A stretch of DNA of 64,000 bases, from assembly GCA_963719085.1 (NCBI GenBank), contig CAVRAL010000004.1:1088001-1152000 (forward strand), written 5' to 3'. This DNA comes from a candidate division FCPU426 bacterium. Its GTDB lineage: Bacteria; Oederibacteriota; Muellerivitia; Muellerivitales; Muellerivitaceae. The notes beneath the pieces were generated by a model. It was not told where the DNA came from, ran no database searches, and saw only the letters and a program-made list of their open reading frames with translations. Numbering within the stretch: position 1 is the stretch's first letter; each line of letters starts with the position of its first letter. Shown here in pieces: positions 28,773 to 39,899 of the stretch. The position numbers and the translations under genes were made by a program.

Positions 28773-29927
28773 ATGCCCAAAAAAATCGCCATTCTCGGCT
28801 CGACCGGTTCCATCGGAAGGTCCACGCTTCAAGTGGTCGAGAAACTTTCGCCGGCTTTCCAAGTGGTGGGATTGACCGCCCACCAAAATTACCGGGAGCT
28901 GGCCCGGCAGATCAAACAGTTCCGGCCCAAAATGGCCGCGATCATGGATGAGAATTTTTTTGCCCCCCTGAAAAAACTGGTTCCGGGAAACGCCACCCGG
29001 CTTTTAGCCGGGTCCGAGGGTGTGGTGGCGGTCGCCGGGGAATCGGGCGCGCCCTTGGTTTTATCCGCCATCGTGGGGGCCGCGGGTCTCAAGCCGACCC
29101 TGACTGCCGTCCAAAAGGGAAAAGACATCGCCTTGGCCAACAAGGAAACCCTGGTGATGGCCGGGGAAGTGGTGGCGCGGGCGGCGAAAGAATCCGGATC
29201 CAAAATACTTCCGGTGGATAGCGAGCATTGCGCGGTATTCCAGTGCCTGGCGGCAGGCGGGGGCGATATCGGGGAAATCCATAAAATTCTTTTGACGGCG
29301 TCCGGCGGGCCTTTTCGAACGCTGGCGCGGAAGCGATTTCCCAAAATCACCTTGAAGCGGGCGCTGAACCACCCGACTTGGCGCATGGGGCCCAAGATCA
29401 CCATTGACTCCGCCACGCTGATGAACAAGGGGCTGGAAGTCATCGAGGCCCATTATCTTTTCGGCGCGCCTTATGAAAAGATCGACATCGTGATCCATCC
29501 GGAGTCCATCATCCACTCCATGGTGGAATATATTGACGGATCCGTATTGGCCCAATTGGGCACCACCGACATGCAGATTCCCATCCAGTACGCCTTGACC
29601 TATCCGGCGCGTGCGGAAGCGCCGGTGAAGCGGTTGGATTTGGCCGGTATCGGCCGGCTTCATTTTGAGGCGCCCGACCGCGAAAAATTTCCCTGCGTGG
29701 ACTTGGCATACGCCGCGGGAAAAAAGGGTGGTACGACTCCGGCGGTTTTAAACGCGGCCAATGAGGTGGCGGTGGCTTTATTTCTAAAAGGTAAAATTTC
29801 CTTTATTCAAATACCGAAAATCATCGCTAAAGTCCTCGGCAAACACCGCCCCCTGACAAACGCAAACCTGGATGGTATATTGGGCGCTGATCGTTGGGCC
29901 CGCGAAGAGGCCCTATCCCTAGTTTAG
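28773..29927 (+). CDS. dxr: 1-deoxy-D-xylulose-5-phosphate reductoisomerase
   Basis: LGSTGSIG, LANKE, PVDSEH, TASGGPF, HPTWRMGPKITIDSATLMNKGLE. Confidence 0.98.
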   Translation: MPKKIAILGSTGSIGRSTLQVVEKLSPAFQVVGLTAHQNYRELARQIKQFRPKMAAIMDENFFAPLKKLVPGNATRLLAGSEGVVAVAGESGAPLVLSAIVGAAGLKPTLTAVQKGKDIALANKETLVMAGEVVARAAKESGSKILPVDSEHCAVFQCLAAGGGDIGEIHKILLTASGGPFRTLARKRFPKITLKRALNHPTWRMGPKITIDSATLMNKGLEVIEAHYLFGAPYEKIDIVIHPESIIHSMVEYIDGSVLAQLGTTDMQIPIQYALTYPARAEAPVKRLDLAGIGRLHFEAPDREKFPCVDLAYAAGKKGGTTPAVLNAANEVAVALFLKGKISFIQIPKIIAKVLGKHRPLTNANLDGILGADRWAREEALSLV

Positions 29928-29940
29928 TGAAGGAATTCAA

Positions 29941-31290
29941 ATGAATATTTGGCTCGTGCTGGAAGTCGTCCTGGCTTTTACCTTGATCATCGCCATCCAT
30001 GAATGGGGCCATTTCATCGCCTGCCGGATTTTCGGCGTCCGGGTGGAGCGTTTCGCCATCGGCATGGGCCCGGTTCTTTTGGCTAGAAAATGGGGGGACA
30101 CGGAGTACGCGATTTGCGCCTTCCCCATCGGCGGCTACTGTAAACCCGCGGGCGGCGATTTAAGCGTGGAAAGCGCCGATAAGATGTACGAGAAGCCTCC
30201 CGTCCCCGGCGAGTTCCTTTACGCCTCCTGGTGGAAAAGGGTCGTGATCTTCCTGGCGGGCCCCGGCATGAATTATGTTTTGGCCTTTTTCGTCATGTTT
30301 TTCATCCTGGTGGTGGGGGAACAGATCCCCGTGGAAAAGCCCCAATTGGGTTTCGTGCCGCCGGGCAGCCTGGCCGCCCAAGCGGGATTGAAGAAAAACG
30401 ACACGCTCTTGAAAATCAACGGGCAGGACGTGAAAAACCTGTTCACGGACGAGGACACGATTTATGAAGGCCTGACCAAGGACCCCAACCAGGGAGTCGC
30501 CTTGACGGTTCAGCGAAAAGCGAAAATCTTCAACGTGACCCTCAAGGGTGATTTGAAAAAAGACGGTGTGGATCTGGGGATCTATTCGATCGCCCCGGCC
30601 ATGGTGGGCTCGGTGCCTCCGTCCACGCCGGCCAGTTTGGCGGGTTTAAAAGCCGGGGACACGATCCTTTCAGTGAATGGAAAAACCGTCTCCGATTGGG
30701 CCGAGTTGGCTTATAGCATCCGAAGCTCCGTGTCGGACGAGATCGACCTTCAGGTCTCGCGCGACGGCAAAACCTATCCGGTTAAAATCAACCGGGTTTA
30801 TAACGGCATGAACAAGGCCATCGGCATCGCGGCCCCCGAGCCGACCGAGTTTGAGGTTAAAAAAATGGGCCCGGTCGAGGCTTTCTCGACGGCGGCGACG
30901 CGCACGGAAGAATTCACCACCCTTTACCTGGGGTCCCTGGGTAAATTGGTCACGGGCAAGTTTTCCCTCAAGGACAGCGTGGGCGGCCCGATCACGATTA
31001 TGCGGGTCATGTACCAGAAGGCGTCCCAAAACTGGATCGAGTTCTTAAGCACGGTGGCTTTTATTTCTTTGGTACTGGGCCTGATGAATCTTTTGCCCAT
31101 TCCGGTGGTGGATGGCGGCCAAATTGTTTTATGCGTGATCGAGGGCATCAAGCGCGGCCCGGTTTCATTGCGCTGGCAGAATCTTTTCCAGACCGTGGGG
31201 TTTGTTTTTATCGTGGCCGTGATGGTGCTGGTGGTTTCCAACGACGTTTGGCGGTTGTTCCTGGAAAAATTCCACAGCCAAATCCCGTAA
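29941..31290 (+). CDS. rseP: RIP metalloprotease RseP (two PDZ domains)
   Basis: HEWGH, AGPGMN, NLLPIPVVDGG; follows dxr. Confidence 0.95.
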   Translation: MNIWLVLEVVLAFTLIIAIHEWGHFIACRIFGVRVERFAIGMGPVLLARKWGDTEYAICAFPIGGYCKPAGGDLSVESADKMYEKPPVPGEFLYASWWKRVVIFLAGPGMNYVLAFFVMFFILVVGEQIPVEKPQLGFVPPGSLAAQAGLKKNDTLLKINGQDVKNLFTDEDTIYEGLTKDPNQGVALTVQRKAKIFNVTLKGDLKKDGVDLGIYSIAPAMVGSVPPSTPASLAGLKAGDTILSVNGKTVSDWAELAYSIRSSVSDEIDLQVSRDGKTYPVKINRVYNGMNKAIGIAAPEPTEFEVKKMGPVEAFSTAATRTEEFTTLYLGSLGKLVTGKFSLKDSVGGPITIMRVMYQKASQNWIEFLSTVAFISLVLGLMNLLPIPVVDGGQIVLCVIEGIKRGPVSLRWQNLFQTVGFVFIVAVMVLVVSNDVWRLFLEKFHSQIP

Positions 31291-31300
31291 TAAAGAAAGC

Positions 31301-31420
31301 TTTTTACCACGAAGTTCACTAAGTACACGAAGCGCGGCAAAACATTGGGCCGAAAGAAATTTCAAAGAGATTGGTTTAATTATTTAACTTCGTGAACTTT
31401 GTGTACTTCGTGGTGAAAAA
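31301..31420. repeat. REP-like hairpin with 9-bp periodic arms (family 2)
   Basis: ACCACGAAGTTCACTAAGTACACGAAG ... CTTCGTGAACTTTGTGTACTTCGTGGT inverted arms around an AT-rich loop. Confidence 0.8.
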
Positions 31421-31456
31421 AATTTTAGAGCCTAAAAATCCTTGTCGGAGGGCTTC

Positions 31457-32629
31457 TTGAAACTGCATGAATACCAAGCGAAAGAAATTTTCGCCAAGTA
31501 CGGTCTCCCGGTCCAGCCGGGACAATTGGTCAAGCATCTCTCCGAAATCGACGAGGCGCTTAGGCGCTTTCCCCAAGGGCCTTGGGTGGTGAAGGCCCAG
31601 ATCCACGCCGGAGGCCGCGGCAAGGCGGGCGGCGTCAAGCTGGCCAAGACCGAGGCGGACCTTCGCCAAAGGGCCAGCGACATTTTGGGCATGACGCTCA
31701 TTTCCCCCCAGACCGGCCCCCAAGGCAAAACGGTCAAAAAAATATTCATCACGCCGGCGCTGGATTACGTGAAGGAACTTTATATCAGCGTGGTGCTGGA
31801 CCGGGGAACCCGCTGTCCCGTGATCTTGGCCTCCGCCGAGGGCGGCACCGAGATCGAGGAATTAGCCGCCACCAAACCCGAAGCCATCCAAAAGACCTTG
31901 ATCAACCCCCTGCAAGGGTTGGAGCCTTATCAGGCCCGGGAACTTTATTTAAGTTTGGGACTGCCCAAAGAACGCATCAACGCGGGCGCCAAGCTTTTCC
32001 AGGATTTAGTCAAACTATTCCTGGAGCTGGACCTGGCCATGCTGGAAGTGAACCCCTTAGTCGTTTTAAAGAACGGCGAGCTCAATTGCCTGGACGCCAA
32101 GGTGGCGTTCGAGGACAACGGCTTGGCCCGGCACAAAGAATATGAGGCCTGGCGCGATCCGGATGAGGAAGACGCCCGGGAATTGGAAGCGGGCAAGAGC
32201 GGGCTTTCGTATATCTCGCTGGACGGCAATATCGGCTGTTTGGTCAACGGGGCGGGACTGGCCATGGCCACCGCCGACGCCATTTCCTTTTTCGGCGGAT
32301 CACCGGCCAACTTCCTGGATGTGGGCGGCGGGGCCACCACCAAGGCCGTCACGGCGGCTTTTAAGATTATTTTGTCCGATGAGAGGGTGAAGGCCATTTT
32401 GGTCAATATTTTCGGCGGCATCATGAAGTGCGACATCATCGCCCAGGGCATCATCGACGCGGCCAAGGACGTGGGGCTGAAGCTTCCCCTGGTCGTCCGC
32501 TTGGAAGGAACCAACGTGGAAAAAGGCAAAGAGCTTTTAGCCAAGTCCGACCTCAAGTATCAATTCGCCTCCAGCATGGATGAGGCGGCCAAGACCGTGG
32601 TGGCCGCGGCCAAGGAGGCCCAAGCATGA
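31457..32629 (+). CDS. sucC: Succinyl-CoA synthetase beta subunit
   Basis: (TTG)[41 protein letters not shown]. Confidence 0.97.
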   Translation: MKLHEYQAKEIFAKYGLPVQPGQLVKHLSEIDEALRRFPQGPWVVKAQIHAGGRGKAGGVKLAKTEADLRQRASDILGMTLISPQTGPQGKTVKKIFITPALDYVKELYISVVLDRGTRCPVILASAEGGTEIEELAATKPEAIQKTLINPLQGLEPYQARELYLSLGLPKERINAGAKLFQDLVKLFLELDLAMLEVNPLVVLKNGELNCLDAKVAFEDNGLARHKEYEAWRDPDEEDARELEAGKSGLSYISLDGNIGCLVNGAGLAMATADAISFFGGSPANFLDVGGGATTKAVTAAFKIILSDERVKAILVNIFGGIMKCDIIAQGIIDAAKDVGLKLPLVVRLEGTNVEKGKELLAKSDLKYQFASSMDEAAKTVVAAAKEAQA

Positions 32630-33537
32630 GCGTATTCCTCGATAAAAAATCTAAAGTCATCTGCCAGGGCATCACCGGCGCGGCCGGGCTTTTTCATTCC
32701 AAGAATTGCCGGGATTACGGCACCAAGATGGTGGGCGGAGTCACCCCGGGCAAGGGCGGCAGTGAAGTGGAAGGATTCAAGGTATTTGACACGGTAGCGG
32801 AGGCGGTCAAAAAAACCGGCGCCAATACCACCATGATCTTCGTGCCGGCGCTTTTCGCGGCGGACGCCATTTTAGAAGCCGCGGCGGCGGGCATTGAGCT
32901 GATCGTTTGCATTACCGAAGGCATCCCGGCCAATGACATGGCCCGGACGGCTGAAATTTTAAAGCGATACCCCAAGAGCCGCTTGATCGGCCCCAATTGC
33001 CCCGGGATCATCACGCCGGGCGTGGCGAAAGTCGGCATCATGCCGGGCTACATCCACAAGCCGGGCAAGATCGGGATCGTGTCCCGTTCCGGAACCTTGA
33101 CCTATGAGGCGGTTTGGCAGGTCACCCAGCTCAAGCTCGGCCAATCCACCTGCATCGGCATCGGCGGGGATCCCATTATCGGAACCAGCCATTTGGCGGC
33201 CTTGGAAGCTTTCAACCACGATAAGGACACGCAAGCCGTCATCATGATCGGGGAAATCGGTGGCACGGCCGAGGAAGAAGCCGCCCAATACGTGAAGAAA
33301 GAAATGAAAAAGCCCGTGGCGGCCTTCATCGCCGGCACCACGGCGCCTCCGGGCAAACGCATGGGCCACGCCGGCGCCATCGTTTCCGGCGGCAAGGGAA
33401 CGGCCAAGGAAAAGATGGCGGCGCTGGAAGCGGCTGGAATCGTGGTGGCCAAAAGCCCGGGCGAGATGGGGCAGGCTTTGCTGGAAGCGCTCAAGGGCAA
33501 GGGCCGCCGCAAAAGCCCTAAGAAAAAGTCTAAATAG
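32626..33537 (+). CDS. sucD: Succinyl-CoA synthetase alpha subunit
   Basis: [28 protein letters not shown]. Confidence 0.98.
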   Translation: MSVFLDKKSKVICQGITGAAGLFHSKNCRDYGTKMVGGVTPGKGGSEVEGFKVFDTVAEAVKKTGANTTMIFVPALFAADAILEAAAAGIELIVCITEGIPANDMARTAEILKRYPKSRLIGPNCPGIITPGVAKVGIMPGYIHKPGKIGIVSRSGTLTYEAVWQVTQLKLGQSTCIGIGGDPIIGTSHLAALEAFNHDKDTQAVIMIGEIGGTAEEEAAQYVKKEMKKPVAAFIAGTTAPPGKRMGHAGAIVSGGKGTAKEKMAALEAAGIVVAKSPGEMGQALLEALKGKGRRKSPKKKSK

Positions 33538-33565
33538 CTAAAAGCAAGGTTTCGTTGACCGCCAA

Positions 33566-33604
33566 GTAAAGTGTAAAAGGCGGATCCGCCCTTTTACACT
33601 TTAC
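33566..33604. terminator. Hairpin between convergent sucD and GT9 gene
   Basis: GTAAAGTGTAAAAGG...CCTTTTACACTTTAC 15-bp stem. Confidence 0.6.
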
Positions 33605-33677
33605 GAGGACGCCTAAGCATTTCTCCAAATTGATTTTTCAACCAAAACCAACTCAAAATTAAATGTGAATGTTTCTT

Positions 33678-34538
33678 CTATGAATTCATCCGGCTCATGG
33701 CGGCCAGGATAATGGACTCTTGCGGGCCCCAAAGGCGCGGGTCGGTGGTGTTGAAGACCGCGAAGGTTTTGACGCCGCAGGCTGAGGCCAGTTGGGTCAC
33801 TCCGCTGTCGTTGCCTAAATAACCGCAGGCCTGGGTCAGGACCGCGGCTAAATCCGGGAGTGTTAAAGATTCCGGTAAAACCTTCGCGCGGGGAATATCC
33901 TTGAACGCGGCGCGGATCTCGCCGACCCAGCCCATTTCGGCTTCTCCCCACAGCACCAATACCTGCCTGGATGTTTCAGCCACGGTTTTTTCGGCGGCTT
34001 TCTTAAAAAAAGAAAGCGGCGCGTTTTTGGCGGGACTTCCACTGCCCGGATGAAGGATGAAGGGCTGGGTGAGCCCAAGGCCCGCGCATAAGCTGAGCCC
34101 TCTTTCTTTTAAAGGGTCGGCAAGGACAAGCCGGGGGACCGGAGAAGCATCCTTAAGTCCCACCAAGTCGAGCCAGTAATGCCCCACCCAGCGTTCTTCC
34201 TTTAAGAAGTCCTCGAATTTTTTGGAGGGCCAATGTATTTTGAGGTTGGGAAAAGGCCTCAGTGCCTTTTCCAAACGATCATCCTTTTCCTTGAAGAAGA
34301 TAAAAACTTTGTTGAATTGGCTCAATTGAGGATCGGGTTCCCCACGGTAAAGGGATTCTAAAAGCGGTTCCAACGGAATCACTTGGGTCACGCCTAAAAG
34401 GGAAGTGCCCAAGGTTTGATAGGGCAAGGTTCCGGCCACGGTTACGGGAGCTTTAGCCCGCAAATATTGAAGGGCGGGTAAGGTGAGGATGCTGTCGCCT
34501 AAGCTTCCGGCGGCGAGGACCAGGATTGGATCACTCAT
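33678..34538 (-). CDS. Glycosyltransferase family 9 (heptosyltransferase-like)
   Basis: GSLGDSILTLP, LHPGSGSPAK, YLGNDSGVTQLA, TDPRLWGP. Confidence 0.85.
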   Translation of the reverse strand: MSDPILVLAAGSLGDSILTLPALQYLRAKAPVTVAGTLPYQTLGTSLLGVTQVIPLEPLLESLYRGEPDPQLSQFNKVFIFFKEKDDRLEKALRPFPNLKIHWPSKKFEDFLKEERWVGHYWLDLVGLKDASPVPRLVLADPLKERGLSLCAGLGLTQPFILHPGSGSPAKNAPLSFFKKAAEKTVAETSRQVLVLWGEAEMGWVGEIRAAFKDIPRAKVLPESLTLPDLAAVLTQACGYLGNDSGVTQLASACGVKTFAVFNTTDPRLWGPQESIILAAMSRMNS

Positions 34539-34707
34539 AGTGACTGCCCCAATTTGAAACTATGGAAGACGGAGTAGGGTAATGTGATTTGCCCGGCGAA
34601 GCCCACGGGGAGAAACTGGGCTGCAAGGACGAGGATTGGCATAGCTATAGAACCTCTTTCAATTTCAAACTGTCGTAACGAGAACAAGCCAATAGAGCGG
34701 GGCTTGC

Positions 34708-34886
34708 CCGGCGTAGCCCTTTGGGCGAAGCCGGGAGGATTGAGGGGTTGTCGGTCATGAGTTCTTATCCGGCTTTGCTCCAACCCCGGTTTGTGGCCAG
34801 GGTGAGTGGGATGATTTTACGAGCTCCGCCGGATGTTGCCCCGGCAACTGAGGATAACCCGGCGGAGCCCTTTTGGGCGAAGCGGG
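34708..34886. repeat. Two copies of a short REP-like hairpin CCCGGCG(T/G)AGCCC-T3/4-GGGCGAAGC.GGG
   Basis: Copies at ~34708-34737 and ~34858-34886; half copy near 34592. Confidence 0.7.
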
Positions 34887-35162
34887 GTCGATATTCTTTA
34901 GGTTTACCAACTTGGCAACAATTATAAGGGGTCAAAACAGTCCTTTAGGCTTGAACGTCTAAATGGCAGGCTTTTTCTAAAAACGTCAAAATACCTTACA
35001 AAATGAAGGGATTAGTCCCAAAGCCGGATTGGATTTATCGTTATTTTTGATTTATTTTAACCGTTTAAATGGCATAATTCCTGCTCGTTTAGAAGGTGCC
35101 TTTTGGATGAGTCTCAAGCGGGAAGATTAAATGACCGCTTTCATTAAACGAAGGAAGATTTC

Positions 35163-36776
35163 TTGTTCCTAAATAATCCAAAATTTTATTGGAAGGCCCT
35201 CCTCACATTCATGGGCTTTTGGGGTTTGAACCTCATTCCCTCGGCCGTTTGGGCGGACTCGCCTCAATTGACGGTTCAGGGCAATCATGTCGTGGTCAGC
35301 GGCGGTTGCACGATCCGGTTAAAAGGCGTGGACGTGGATAGCCTGGAATACGAAGCCGATGGTTACGGATCCAATCCTTCCGGGGGCGGCATCACGGCCA
35401 CCGCGGCCGCGGCCGTTACGGATTGGAACGCCAATATCATCCGATTACCCCTCAACCAGGATTACTGGTTTGGATGCGGCGGAGGCGGCGCGAATTATCA
35501 GAACATGGTCGATACCATCGTCAATTTTTGTAAAACCCATAACACTTACGTGCTCCTGGACTTGCATTGGTCGGGGGACCAAACCGGCGCCACCGCGCCT
35601 TGCGGCACCGGATGGGGAAACGACAATCCGCTAAACAACGGCCACCAGCTTTACATGCCGGATGACAACAGCGTCACCTTTTGGTCGGATGTGGCCGCGC
35701 GTTACGCCAATAACCCGGCGGTGCTTTTTGACCTGTTCAACGAGCCTTATGATTACCAAGGCAATGGATGGTCGGTCTGGTTCAATGGCGGGACGAATAC
35801 CGGCGTCACCCCTAGTTTCCATACGCCCGGCATGAAGGCTTTGCTGGGCGCGGTCCGCGCGGCGGGCGCGAACAATGTGGTGGTCGTGGGCGGTCTGGAC
35901 TACGCTTATGATTTATCGGGGGTGACCACCAACAACTGCGGGGGGCCCTGCAGTCTGGTGGATCAGGCCGGCGGCAATGGTATCGTTTACGCGTCCCATA
36001 TTTATCCCTATAAGGGAAGTAATCCCTGGAAGCCCTCCGATGGAGACGCGAAAATCACCCCCGCGACCGCTTTTTTCCCGGTCATCATCAGTGAGTTCGG
36101 CGAAAATCTGTCCAATACCGGGGTGACCCCGAATCCGGATACCAATGGCACCTGGGACCAAACGCTTTTGAACTGGATCAACGGAAGCAATTTGACGAGC
36201 TACGAATACGCGGCCACCGCCTGGGATTTTCACACCAGTTCCAGCCCGGATCTTTTAGTGAACTGGCAATACACGCCCACCACTTACCATGGCGTTCCGG
36301 TTTACAATTGGCTCCAGACTCCGGTGCCGACTTGCCTGGTCGCGACGGATACCCCGACGCCGGGCCCCTGTACGGCCGGCGGATTCACTTGTACGCCCAC
36401 CTTTACGGCGACTCTGAGCCCGACGGTGACCATCACCCCCACGCCCACGGTGACATTGACGCCGACGATTACGGATACGCCTAATCCCAGCTCCTTGATT
36501 CCTTTCCCCAATCCCACGGACGGGAAACAACCCATTTCCTTTTTCTATAACGTGACCGGGCCCGCCACGGAGGTGGATTTGAGGGTCTTTACGGTGGCCA
36601 ACCGATTGATTTTTAAGGATTTGGATTTAGCGACCGGAGCGGGGCAGCATACCTATAGTTTGAATTGGGTTGGGCGGGGCCTAAATCCGGCCAATGGGCT
36701 TTATTATTTCGTCCTCGACATCAAAAACAACGGCCAACGATCCCGGCAAATCATGAAGGTGCTGGTCGGCCGTTGA
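35163..36776 (+). CDS. Secreted GH5 glycoside hydrolase with Thr-Pro linker and T9SS-like C-terminal domain
   Basis: Signal peptide; NIIRLPL, LDLH, FDLFNEP (acid/base), HIY, ISEFG (nucleophile), TAW; TPT linker; PFPNP...ANGLYYF...MKVLVGR. Confidence 0.88.
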   Translation: MFLNNPKFYWKALLTFMGFWGLNLIPSAVWADSPQLTVQGNHVVVSGGCTIRLKGVDVDSLEYEADGYGSNPSGGGITATAAAAVTDWNANIIRLPLNQDYWFGCGGGGANYQNMVDTIVNFCKTHNTYVLLDLHWSGDQTGATAPCGTGWGNDNPLNNGHQLYMPDDNSVTFWSDVAARYANNPAVLFDLFNEPYDYQGNGWSVWFNGGTNTGVTPSFHTPGMKALLGAVRAAGANNVVVVGGLDYAYDLSGVTTNNCGGPCSLVDQAGGNGIVYASHIYPYKGSNPWKPSDGDAKITPATAFFPVIISEFGENLSNTGVTPNPDTNGTWDQTLLNWINGSNLTSYEYAATAWDFHTSSSPDLLVNWQYTPTTYHGVPVYNWLQTPVPTCLVATDTPTPGPCTAGGFTCTPTFTATLSPTVTITPTPTVTLTPTITDTPNPSSLIPFPNPTDGKQPISFFYNVTGPATEVDLRVFTVANRLIFKDLDLATGAGQHTYSLNWVGRGLNPANGLYYFVLDIKNNGQRSRQIMKVLVGR

Positions 36777-36852
36777 TGTCCGAGCTGTGCCTGACACCGA
36801 ATTCTTTTGGTATCATGGGGGGCCGGGGTACTTTTACCTTTAAGGAATTACA

Positions 36853-39573
36853 TTGTTTTTTTCATCCCTTAACTTAAAACGTTTGCTGCCCATCCTCGTT
36901 TGGGTTTTGGCGGCGGGGTTGCCCGCGCTGTCCCAAACCCTGCCGGCCACGATCACCGTGAACGCCGCCACGACCCTGACCTCTTTCGCGCCCCTGAGTA
37001 TTTTCGGCAACAATACGGCTTATTGGATTTCCAATACGGACAACCAAGCGGTGCAGTCCAAAGTCCAAGCGGCGGGGAATTATTTTTTGCGTTACCCGGG
37101 AGGCTCCTCCTCGGATGACTTCCATTGGAACGGAACCGGGGCTTTTAACGGCAGCGGCTATTGGGTGCCCAGCGGCACCACCTACTCGGCGGGTTTCGCC
37201 GATAATGAGACTTATCGAGGAACGACATCCAGTTATGGGGCGGCTTCCCATATTACCGATGGCAATCCTGCCTCGGTCTGGTTGTCCAACGTGGACACGG
37301 ATTTCCCCAACAGCCAATGGGCGGAACTGGATTTAACCGCCACCGCCTTGGTCAACGCGGTGACGATTGTTTGGGGCACTCCTTACGCCACTTCTTTCCA
37401 AATTCAGCGGTGGCCCAGCTCCGGATGGCCGCCGCCTTTGAGTGACAATTCCTCAAATAAATGGATAACGGTGGGGACCTACGCCGGTACGGGCGGTACC
37501 CAAGGCGTGACCTTTACTTCCGCCTCGGCGCAGTATTGGCGCGTATTGATGACGGCCAGTTCCGCGGGGGTGAGCGGCGCTTATTCCATCGGCGAGGTCA
37601 CCCTTTATAACGGGGCGACCAAAGTCTCCTCGAACACCACGACTCCCTCGGCCCAAACCCAAGTGGAAGTTTCCAGCACGGATCCCGCCAGCAGTAAAAA
37701 TTACACGACGGCTCCGCCGGGAAGCACGGATTTCGCCTCTTATATGACTTATGTCCAAGCGTTCACGCCCCATGCCATTCCCTTGATCACGGTGAATCTG
37801 GGAACCGGCACGGCTTCGGAAGCGGCTTCTTGGGTTTATTACGCCAATGTGACCAAGGGTTACGGCATCCATTATTGGCAGATTGGCAACGAGACCGAGG
37901 GTAATTGGGAAACCGGCGGGCCGCTTCCCGCGCAGGACTATGTGCGGCGCTATATCGAGTATTACAACGCGATGAAGGCGGTCGACCCGAGCATTATCAT
38001 CACGGGTCCGGTGTCGGGAAGTTTTCTCGACACCTCCAACATGTATGACGGAAAAAGTTATGTCCAGGATTTCATCAGTATGCTTCACGCCGATGGGGAT
38101 GACAGCTACATCGATGGAATTGATTTTCACTGGTATCCCAATTACGGGAGCTACACGGCGGCGACGGCCTTGGCCAGTCCCGCCCAATTGGACGCTTTCC
38201 CCGTCAGCCTCAATTCTTGGTTATCCGGTGTCTCGGGCGGGACCACGATCCCTGTTTTTATGAGCGAATATAACGTGGACGCGGGGGATGAGAATTTCCA
38301 GGTTCAACTCGGCAACGGACTTTGGGTGGCCGATTCCTTGGGCCATTTCATCGCCGATTTCGGAAGCCGCGGATTTTCCAATCTTTGGGATACCTTGAAC
38401 GGTGGAAGCGGCGTCACCAGCGTGACCGGCGGGGATTTGGGTTATTTGAACGTCAACAACAGCAGTGCCACTTACCAATACCAAGCCCACGCTTCTTATT
38501 GGGCCATCCAGATGATGACGAACGATTGGGCTATTCCGGCTGACGCCACGCCGCATCAATTGGTTTCCACCACCATCACGGGAGTGTCCTCGTCCTTGCT
38601 GGCGGCTTATTCGGATTACCGGCCGGACGGCATATTGTCCCTAATGGTAGTGAATAAAAACCCGACCGCCAGTTACGCTGTTACTTTAAATGTGGGGCCC
38701 TTTACGCCCAACGCCACAGCCAACGAATGGGTTTATAACTCCACCAACTACCAATGGGTCACTACCGGCGGCACGCCTTATCACGCGGCCCCCGATACGG
38801 CGCCCACCAGCTTGGTGGCCTCGGGCGTGTCGAATACTTTTCCGGTCACTTTCGGGCCCTATTCCATTAATGTCATTCAATTCACCAATTCGGGTGTGCC
38901 CACCCGCACGCCTACCCCTACTTATACGGCGACCCCCACGCTTACGATCACACCCACTCGAACCGCGACGGGAACTCCCACGGTCACCAATACCCGAACT
39001 GCGACCTCGACTCCCACCATTACGCTTACCCCCACCGTGACCTCCACGGTCACCGCGACACCCACGGTGACCCTGACGCCGACGATTACGGACACGCCCA
39101 CCATTACCCTGACGCCGGTTTTTACTTATACCCCCACCGTTACCCCGACGCCGACCCTAACGCCGACTTTCACCCTGACGCTCGTCCCGACGTTCACACC
39201 CACATTCACGCCGACGATCACCCCGACCTGGACGGCCTCGCCGACGGTGACGCCTTTGCCTTCGGCGACCCCGACCCCGGTGAACTTCGTCTTCATCCCT
39301 TATCCGAACCCCTCGAACGGTCAAAATCCAACTTCTTTTTATTACAACGTGACCCAGCCAGAAACGACGGTGTCTTTGAAGATATTCACCGTGGCGAACC
39401 GGATGATTTTTAATGACTCTTCTTTATCGACCGGCCTCGGCCAACACGCCTATACGTTGGACTGGGCGAGCTTGGGACTTCATCCGGCCAACGGCCTTTA
39501 TTATTTTATGGTGGAATTCAGGGATAATGGTCAGGTGAGCCGGCAGATCATGAAGGTTTTGGTCATCCGCTAA
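36853..39573 (+). CDS. Secreted clan GH-A glycosidase (GH51/GH44-like) with inserted discoidin/CBM32-like domain, long Thr-Pro linker and T9SS-like C-terminal domain
   Basis: [15 protein letters not shown]...QWAELDL...QYWRVLMT...IGEVTLY (discoidin), WQIGNE, DFHWYP, MSEYN; PYPNP...ANGLYYF...MKVLVIR. Confidence 0.78.
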   Translation: MFFSSLNLKRLLPILVWVLAAGLPALSQTLPATITVNAATTLTSFAPLSIFGNNTAYWISNTDNQAVQSKVQAAGNYFLRYPGGSSSDDFHWNGTGAFNGSGYWVPSGTTYSAGFADNETYRGTTSSYGAASHITDGNPASVWLSNVDTDFPNSQWAELDLTATALVNAVTIVWGTPYATSFQIQRWPSSGWPPPLSDNSSNKWITVGTYAGTGGTQGVTFTSASAQYWRVLMTASSAGVSGAYSIGEVTLYNGATKVSSNTTTPSAQTQVEVSSTDPASSKNYTTAPPGSTDFASYMTYVQAFTPHAIPLITVNLGTGTASEAASWVYYANVTKGYGIHYWQIGNETEGNWETGGPLPAQDYVRRYIEYYNAMKAVDPSIIITGPVSGSFLDTSNMYDGKSYVQDFISMLHADGDDSYIDGIDFHWYPNYGSYTAATALASPAQLDAFPVSLNSWLSGVSGGTTIPVFMSEYNVDAGDENFQVQLGNGLWVADSLGHFIADFGSRGFSNLWDTLNGGSGVTSVTGGDLGYLNVNNSSATYQYQAHASYWAIQMMTNDWAIPADATPHQLVSTTITGVSSSLLAAYSDYRPDGILSLMVVNKNPTASYAVTLNVGPFTPNATANEWVYNSTNYQWVTTGGTPYHAAPDTAPTSLVASGVSNTFPVTFGPYSINVIQFTNSGVPTRTPTPTYTATPTLTITPTRTATGTPTVTNTRTATSTPTITLTPTVTSTVTATPTVTLTPTITDTPTITLTPVFTYTPTVTPTPTLTPTFTLTLVPTFTPTFTPTITPTWTASPTVTPLPSATPTPVNFVFIPYPNPSNGQNPTSFYYNVTQPETTVSLKIFTVANRMIFNDSSLSTGLGQHAYTLDWASLGLHPANGLYYFMVEFRDNGQVSRQIMKVLVIR
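38898..39280 (+). repeat. Coding low-complexity Thr-Pro repeat (TPTxTx) linker
   Basis: About 125 aa of degenerate TPTVTxTPTIT units. Confidence 0.9.
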
Positions 39574-39600
39574 AAAAAACAGTAACAAAAACTCGAAGGC

Positions 39601-39778
39601 ATTTAACAATGATGGACGCTGATAAATTCCGATTGGGAAAAACCATAGGGTTCCGGTTGGTTCTTTCCGGCTTTCATCCGCGTTTGGGTCGATTCTTGAT
39701 GGACTAGTTTAGGGGACAGCGACATTGTCTCGGGTATCTTTGACTTCAATGTGGAAACCTGGGGCGTCATTGTTAAAT
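39601..39778 (+). repeat. Structured intergenic repeat, family 1 copy B
   Basis: Terminal inverted repeat ATTTAACAATGA/TCATTGTTAAAT with internal hairpins. Confidence 0.78.
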
Positions 39779-39843
39779 TGACTTTTGTTGAAGGTTCTAA
39801 GAGAAAAGCTCACAAAAAGAGCTAAAAGACCCGATCCTCCGGC

Positions 39844-39871
39844 TTGAAACCCCCTGTCCGCCCCATATAAT
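39844..39871 (+). promoter_or_regulatory. Sigma70-type promoter of ispG
   Basis: TTGAAA-16 nt-TATAAT, 28 nt before ATG. Confidence 0.7.
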
Positions 39872-39899
39872 GTGTTTATTCCCTTGAAGGAGCTGTTCG

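Noticed and set aside
38898..39280. Repetitive DNA as a CRISPR array or tandem repeat element
   Set aside because: Degenerate codon-level repeats encoding a Thr-Pro linker; no constant repeat-spacer structure.
39843..39868. CTTGAAA...CCCCATAT sigma32-like promoter before ispG
   Set aside because: Spacer of only 11 nt; better explained by the overlapping TTGAAA-16-TATAAT.
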